Assembly: GCF_009914755.1 (NCBI RefSeq) | Contig: NC_060948.1 | Length of the DNA: 64,000 nucleotides | DNA from: the human T2T-CHM13v2.0 reference genome, Homo sapiens | Direction: 5' to 3' (one strand) | Part shown: positions 56,501 through 64,000 of the stretch, in pieces | Position numbering within the stretch: the first letter of the stretch is position 1 | How the letters are laid out: every line of letters begins with the position of its first letter | Program-made: the position numbers and the translations under genes | Notes under the pieces: model-generated | Told to the model about the DNA's origin: nothing | The model's input: the letters and a program-made list of their open reading frames with translations, nothing else | The model's database searches: none

Positions 56501-59230
56501 GAAACCCAGCAGGGCAGTCATTAAATCTTAAAGCTCCAAAATGATCTCCTTTGATTCCATGTCTCACATTCAGGCCACACTGATGTAAGGGGTGGGCTCC
56601 CAAGACCTTGGGCAGCTCTGGCGCTGTAGCTTTTCAGGGTACAGCCCCTGTGGCTGCTTTCACAGCCTGGTGTTGAGTTCCTGTGACTTTTTGAGGCACA
56701 CGGTACTAGCTGTTGGTGTGTCTACCATTCGGGAACCTGGAGGATGGTGTCCCTCTTCTCACAGCTCCACTAGATAGTGTCTCAATTGGGACTCTGTGTG
56801 TGGATTCCAATCCCACATTTCTCCTCCACACTGCCCTAGTAGAGGTTCTCCATGAGGAATCTGCCCCTGCAGCAGACTTCTGCCTGGACATTCAGGTGTC
56901 TCCATATATCCTCTGAAATCTAGGTGGAGGTTCCCAAACCCCAACTCTTGCCTTCTGCACACCTGCAGGGCCAATACCACATGGAAGCCTCCAAGACTTG
57001 GAGCTTGAACCCTCTGAAGCCATGGCCCGAGATGTACCTTGGCCTCTTTTAGCTGCCACTGGAGCTGGAGTAGCTTGGACACAGGATGCCATGTCTCAAG
57101 GCTGCACAGAGAGGCTGGGCCCTGTACCAGGCCCATTAATCCCTTTTTTCCTTCTAGGTCTCCAGGCCTATGATGAGAGGGGATGCTGTGAAGGTCTCTG
57201 AAATGCCCTGGAGACATTTTCCCCATTGTCTTGGCTATTAACATTCAGCTCCTACTTGCTTTTGCAAATTTCTGCAGCAGGCTTGAATTTCTCCCCAGAA
57301 AATGGGTTTTCTTTTCTACCACATGGCTGAGCTGCAAATTTTCCAAGCTTTAATGTTCTGCTTCCCTTTTAAACATAAATTCCAGTTTCAGATAATCTCT
57401 GTTCATGCATATGAGTGTACACTTTTAGAAACAGCCAGGTCATGTCTTGAATGCTTTGCTGCTTAGAAATTTCTTCCACCAGATACCCAAAATCATCTCT
57501 ATAAAGTTCAAAGTTCCACAGATCTCTAGGGCAGGGACAAAATTCTACCAGTCTCTTTTCTAAAGTATAGCAAGAGTCACTTTTACTCCAGTTCCCAATA
57601 AGTTTCTCATCTCCATCTGATACCAATTCAGCCTGTACTTCATTGTCCATATCACTATCCGCATTTTGGTAAAAACCATTTAGCAAATCTCTAAAAAGTT
57701 CCAAACTTTCCCACATCTTTCTGTCTTCTTCTGAACACTCCAAACTGTTCCAACCTCTGCCTGTTACCCAGTTCCAAAGTTACTTCCACATTTTCAGGCA
57801 TGTATATAGCAGTGCCCTACTCTTCTGGTACCAATTTTCTGTAATAGTCCATTTTCACAGTGCTATAAAGAACTAACTTGGACTAGGTAATATATGAAAA
57901 AAAGAGGTTTAGTTGACTCACGGTTCTGCAGGCTTAACAGGATGCATGAGTGGGAAGCCTCCAGAAACCTACAATCACAAAGGAAGGCGAAGAAGAAGCA
58001 AGCAGCTTCTTCACATGGAGGCAGGAGAGAAAGAGACAATGAAAGTGGAAGTGCCATACACTTTTAAACCATCAGATCTTGTGGGAACTCACTCATTATC
58101 ACAATTTGCCACCATGAACCAATTACCTGCCACCAGGTTCTTCCTCCAATTTGACATGAGATTTTGGTGGGGACACAAATCCAAACCATATCACCATCCA
58201 ACAGGGGATTAATAACCAGAATACATAATGAGCTTATACAACTTTATGGGAAAAAAATCTAATAATCTCATCAAAAACGGGCAAAAGATTTAAATAGACA
58301 TTTCTCAAAAGGAGACATACGAATGGTAAACAGGTATATAAAAAGGTGTTCAATATCATGGATCATCAGTGAGATGCAAATCAAAATTACAATGAGATAT
58401 CATCTCACCTTTTATCCAAAAGTCAGTCAATAACAAATGGTGGCAAAGATATGGAGAAAAGGGACCCTCATACACTGTTGGTAGAAACGTAAATTAGTAC
58501 AACCACTATAGAAAATATTTTGGAAGTTTCTCAAAAACCTAAAAATACAGCTACCATATGATCCAGTAATCCCATGGCTGAGTATATACCCCCAAAAAAG
58601 GAAATCAGTATATCAAAGGGATATCTGTACTTTTATATTTGTTGCAGAACTGTTTACAATAGCTAAGATTTGGAAGCAACCTAAGTAAGTGTCCATCAAC
58701 AGATGAATAAAGAAAATGTTGTACATATACACAATGGTGTACTATTAATTCATTGAAGAGATCTAGTCATTTGCAACAACATGGATGAAACTGGAGATCA
58801 TTATGTTAATGAAATAAGCCAGACACACACAGAAAGGCAAACATCACATGTTCTCACTTATTTGTGATATATGAAAATCTAAACAATTGAACTCATAAAC
58901 ATTGAGAGTAGAAAGATGGTTACTCGAGGCTGGGAGGAGTAGTGGGGCACTGGCAGAAAGGTGGGGATGGTTAAGGGTACAAAATAAAATAGAAGAAATA
59001 AGACTTACTACTTGATAACACAACAGGGTGACTATAGTCAATAATAACTTAATTTTACATTTTGAAACAAAGAGTGTAATTGGATTGTTTATAACTCAAA
59101 AGATAAATTCTTGAGGGGACGAATATCCCATTTTTCATGACATGCTTATCTCAAATTTTATGCCTGTAACAGAACATCTCATGTTTCCCATAAGTATATA
59201 CATCTACTCTGTATACACAAAAATTTAAAA
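50575..59230 (+). mobile_element. L1MA1/2-type LINE-1 with 5'UTR, internal deletion and MaLR insertion
   Basis: Homologous throughout to 9251-17590; ORF2 remnants (54330-54662 [19 protein letters not shown]; 55035-55241 [20 protein letters not shown]); probable TSD ATTG(C/T)ATTCT. Confidence 0.9.
55843..58193 (-). mobile_element. Complete THE1D/MSTA-type MaLR (LTR-int-LTR)
   Basis: LTRs at 55843-56215 and 57840-58193; 5-bp TSD CCATC; internal ORF remnant 57369-57743 (-) EEDRKMWESLELFRDLLNGF. Confidence 0.92.
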
Positions 59231-60412
59231 AGAATATGTACATATACTCTCTGAATCCAAAATAAAAGTTGAAAAAGAAAAGAAATAAAGATTGTATTCT
59301 AATTTTGTTCCTCATTTTCTTATGTGGCATTGAAGAACTCTTAATTGCTGAATCTGTTGTTGACAGTGTAGTATTACCCTTACTGCCACGTGAGAAATGC
59401 TATACTCAGTACCTCTTTCTAACAAATAGCTTTGCCCAGTATTAAAGCATCACACTATTAATTAGTTCTCTGCTAGGTGTGGTGTTTCTTGATAGTTATT
59501 TGTTGCCTAACCTGTCCTATATCAACAACACTAATAGCAAATGATATTCCCAAAAACGTGTAGTTTCTTATCCTGTGTGCAAAGCAGGAGACATTTTAGT
59601 AACTGGATAAAACTGTGCCTTCACTACCAAATATATATTATTTCTGTTAAATAAAACAATCAGTATTTGATCTTTGGAATTATCATTATGTTTTTTGTGT
59701 AAATGGGAGTTTCATAGCTTTTATAAATGCAACATCTGCCTCAGTCTTGCTTAAGATTCTTCTAGGTTTCTTCCATAGCTACAGGCCTTTAAAAAATGAT
59801 CCAAGTTTTTTATACTTCCTATGTAATAAAATTCTTTCGGATTAGTTGCTGAAGTAAACCAAATACAACATTACAAAAGCAGTAAGCAAGAAATTTTCCA
59901 ATTGGCACCTTTAGTCTTTTTTCCTCTTATAGACTAGAATTCAGTGCTAACCAAGAAAAGCTATTTTTTTTGAGATAGCATCTAGTCACTCTATGCTCAC
60001 AAAACAAATAGTCAACCAGGAAAAGATACTGCTAGGTCCACTGTGGAGGGGAAGGGGTGATAATTAAATGTCGTTTTGAGTTGCAATCAGCCATGTCTTT
60101 TCTCTGTTGTCCTAAGGAAATTGTCTGGTCAAGTGATTCTTAAGCACACATAAAACACACTGCATAAAGCTTGGACTTAAAGTCATTAGTAGAATTACCT
60201 CCCAAGACAAATGAGATTTCAAAATGCCTCCAGGTCGTTCTTTGTCTTCAGACATTATAAAAACATACTTAAAATTTTAAGTAGCTCATTATTTTAAATG
60301 GATCTTCCATCCTTTCCAGTCAAAATAAACTTTACCCTTCTAATTTTGGAGAAGTCTGTGTGTATCTCTGGGATAAAACAAGAGATAACAGGCGATAAAG
60401 AATGTATGTATT

Positions 60413-60741
<329 letters not shown>

Positions 60742-60932
60742 ATGTATGTATTGATGACTCAAAAATCTGCACACCTTATTTTGTAATTGAAATGTTTAAA
60801 AAATGTTTTAGATATGTTTAGTTTCAAAATGATAGGTTTTCTCATTATAGCTTCAGGGGTCCTGTTTAATTGGCAAAGTCCAGCCTCATGTTCTGAGGAT
60901 CATGATGCTTTCATGTCCTTCATGTCTTTCAT

Positions 60933-60941
60933 ACACACACA

Positions 60942-60981
<40 letters not shown>
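60933..60981. repeat. (CA)n microsatellite
   Basis: Read directly from the sequence. Confidence 0.95.
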
Positions 60982-60985
<4 letters not shown>

Positions 60986-61956
60986 ATATATGTATAATAA
61001 ATAAATATATATATTTCAATTTGTTTTTCAGAGCTTTTATGTGGTTTCTATTGAGTTATTGTATTTACAGTATCATAAAACATTTGGTGAAGTTTGATCT
61101 CAATCATAAACAAAAAATCTTATTTTTATTTTCAATGAGTGGTTATTGAATACCCACTGAGCAAGATTATGTGCTCAGTTCTGTTGGTACAAAATTGAAT
61201 TGAACGATGATTCATACTCTGCCATAGCTTTGTAGTTAGTCGTTATCCTGGCTCAATGGTTTTCCTCACACTATTTGTATGCTGCCACTACAAATTATAT
61301 TCTGAGGCTCCTTTTCTATCTCGTCTACATGATGGAGATATCAAACTTTCTCCTTGTGTTTTTTGTTTGTTTGACACTGTTTTGAATTTTACCTCCATAA
61401 ATCACTGAAATACCAAGGTCTAAGTTAAAAAAAAAAAAATGAAAGTAGCAATCAGGAACCTAGGCTGTATTTGTAGTTCATTTTCTAATACACTGTACGA
61501 GTTTAGGTACATCTTAGCTGCTCATTTTCTTCATCTTCCTCATTGACCTCTCAAAACATTTACTGCATGGGTAAACAGAGACAATTACAGTATATATTTA
61601 TTTATTTAGTTTGTTATATGAATTCTCTGAATCATAAGCAATTCTCTACAAGGACCTCAGCTCTGTGAAGTCTAGCTGAGAATTAGCCAAATACTAGCCA
61701 TCTTATGGCTACTTAACATTCGTTGAATGGAACCCATACAGGCCTTTCCCAGGTTAATGATATTCTAGCATCTTTACAATGAATATATCACTTTATTTAT
61801 CTCAGTCTTTTTTCCTTTTCTATTTTCACAAATTTATTGCCTTTTCTTTACCCTTCTGCTCTCTTTATTTTCTGATTCTTACTTTATCTTAGACTTGTTA
61901 GCGATATTGCTTAAATTCTTGCAGACACTCAGAGTTCAACAAATTTTTTAACCATC

Positions 61957-62140
61957 AGAGGTTTCTAGATTAAATACAAGATTTTGTTAAATTTGATTTT
62001 AAGAAACAATAAATAATTTGTAGTATAAGTTTGTCCCATATAATATCAGTAAAAGTATTTTATATAGTAAAATATTATTTATATGAATCTGTAATTTTAT
62101 TGGGTATCATATATTTTTATTTGCTAAATCTAGAGTCCCT
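61957..62140. mobile_element. Second, more degenerate MER53-like relic
   Basis: TAGTATAAGTTTGTCCCA...TTTTTATTTGCTAAATCT...CCCT; similar to 5530-5716. Confidence 0.6.
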
Positions 62141-62879
62141 CGACCCCTCATTAGAACATTTTTTCTTATGTGGTTAAATACTATTATATACATTTATTAT
62201 TTACTTTTCCCCAAAGTATTTTAATATTATTTCATAGTTGATAATATATGTTTTAAAAATATTACTTTATACTTATTTTACCATGATAATTTCATGTCTA
62301 AAACTGAATATGCTTCCTCCTTCATTTCTGACTTCAGGACTCAAACCCAAAGCTTCATCTTATTCCTTCTTTACTGTCATCTCTTACATGCAAAAAGTTG
62401 CAAAGTCATTTTAATTCTTCGTAATTTATCTTGAATTCATCCATCCAATCCCACATTTCTCACTACTGTTGTGCCTTGTGTAGCATATTATCAAAAGTGT
62501 GAAAAACATACTTTTCAAATTTTTACACGATTCATCTTAATTCATCTTATGAAAGGGCAATTAATGCTGCAGCATAAGGAAACTGATATTCTTTGACTGA
62601 TAGAAACATTAATAAAATGATATAAAGTAGAAGTAAATGGAATGTTCTACAGCTGTCATTTTTTTAATCAGCTGCAAAAGTAGAATATGAGGAAAACCTT
62701 ATTTGCCGTGGAATTTTGCATTGTCATTTTATTTTTCTTACATTAGTAATTATTAAAATTTTTTGAATACATACTATGTTTTACATACATTCTAATAATT
62801 GTCTCAGTCTTATGAGGTGATTACTAGCATTTTTTCTGTTTTATAGAAGAACCTGAAAATCAGAAAATTTAAAAAGCCA

Positions 62880-63345
62880 TTCCAATTTCCTAGCACATTT
62901 TATAGAAACATTATTCATAGTAGCCAAAATCTGAAACAACTGAAATGTCCTATAACCACTTAATGGATAAGCTGGATTATATTCACACAATGGAATACTA
63001 TACAGCAATAAAAAGTAGTTAACCACTGATACACAGAACAATTTGGATGAATATCAAAGGGGCTGAGTAAAAGAAACCAGTCTTCAAAGGTTACATATTG
63101 CATGACTCCATTTATATGACAGATTTGAAATGACAAAATTAGAGTGCTGAAGAACAGATCAGTGGTGTCCATTGGTTAGAGTTGGGGATAGAGTTTGATC
63201 ATGAAGTAAGAGCATAAGGTAGTTTTGTTTTTTGAAGGATGGAAGTGTCCATATTCTGATGGTGGTGGCAGTTCCATAGATCTATATATGTCTTAAAATT
63301 TATAGAAATGTGCACTAAAAGAAAAATAAAATAAATTTTATTGGA
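62880..63345 (+). mobile_element. L1MC/MD-type 3' fragment
   Basis: TTATTCATAGTAGCCAAAA, CAATGGAATACTATACAGCAATAAAAA and AAAGGTTACATATTGCATGACTCCATTTATATGAC. Confidence 0.8.
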
Positions 63346-63714
63346 TAATAATTTTAATTTTTTTAAGTAAAAAAAATACACTGGTTTATTTTGGTATATA
63401 TTTTAAAGTCAAGTTTCCAAACAAAACAAAATGCATTTTAATACAGGAGATTATAATGTAATGTTTGGTTTATAGGTATTTCTAGCAGAGATTGGATTTT
63501 ATTTGTTGATTTAACTAAATGTATAGCACAGAGTTTATTTTGATATTTTTAACAACAAATTCAGAAACTTCCTAATTAGTCATATTTTTATACTCTAGAA
63601 AAAGAAAATACAGTAGCCATTAATATGGAAGTAAACGTGAAGGGTTAGGTGCTGGGATACACAATAATGCTAATGCTCTTTGCTCTTAAAGGGAAATAAA
63701 ATAATATATAAAAA

Positions 63715-64000
63715 TGAATTATGTGCATAAGTCCAAAAAAGATGTGGATAAACAGACTGGGGCATAGTCATATAAAAGTATACCACTCATCAACTGAAAG
63801 GAACAACCTACAGAAACACACTATATATTGACAGTTAGAAACCTGATGCTGAGTAAAAGATGCCAGCCTCAAGAGTTTGCACTGTCTGATTCCATTAATG
63901 TGAAATACAAGAACAAGCATAGCTGACCTATGGTCATAAAGATAAAAAAATAGTGACCCAGTTGGAGATGAGGTGGTAGATGTGAAAAGGGACAAGAGTT
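63715..64000 (+). mobile_element. L1ME-type 3' fragment running off the window end
   Basis: GTGGATAAACAGACTG, ATGCTGAGTAAAAGATGCCAG and CTGTCTGATTCCATT. Confidence 0.6.

Noticed and set aside
56592-57743. Overlapping ORFs of up to 161 aa
   Set aside because: Fragments of the decayed MaLR internal ORF, broken by stops and frameshifts.
55843-58193. DUX4 sites in the MaLR LTRs
   Set aside because: The expected TGATTCAATTA-type site is altered in both LTRs (TGATCCAATTT and TGAACCAATTA).

Overview
This is human nuclear DNA: it carries a near-pristine AluYb8, a human-specific subfamily. The window is AT-rich, almost entirely transposable-element derived, and I found no supportable host protein-coding exon. 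The ORF-track hits are Alu, L1, ERV or low-complexity read-throughs. Main contents: two long L1MA-type LINE-1s (9251-~17590 and ~50575-59230), a MER61 (ERV1) provirus at 34484-47093 that hosts an SVA2-type VNTR retroposon, an Alu and an antisense HERV-H provirus, MaLR elements (MST, THE1/MSTA, MLT1), solo LTRs (MER41-, MER57-, MER39-, MER4-like, MLT2), a truncated MER50, DNA-transposon relics (MER53, MER20), L2/MIR relics, about 14 Alus and an old mitochondrial tRNA-Phe NUMT. I see no evidence for a genuinely new biological system. The best leads are the SVA2 element, the NUMT, the nested HERV-H/LTR7, the young AluYb8, and apparently shared mutations between the two L1MA copies. Family names come from recalled consensus sequences and were not confirmed by any search.
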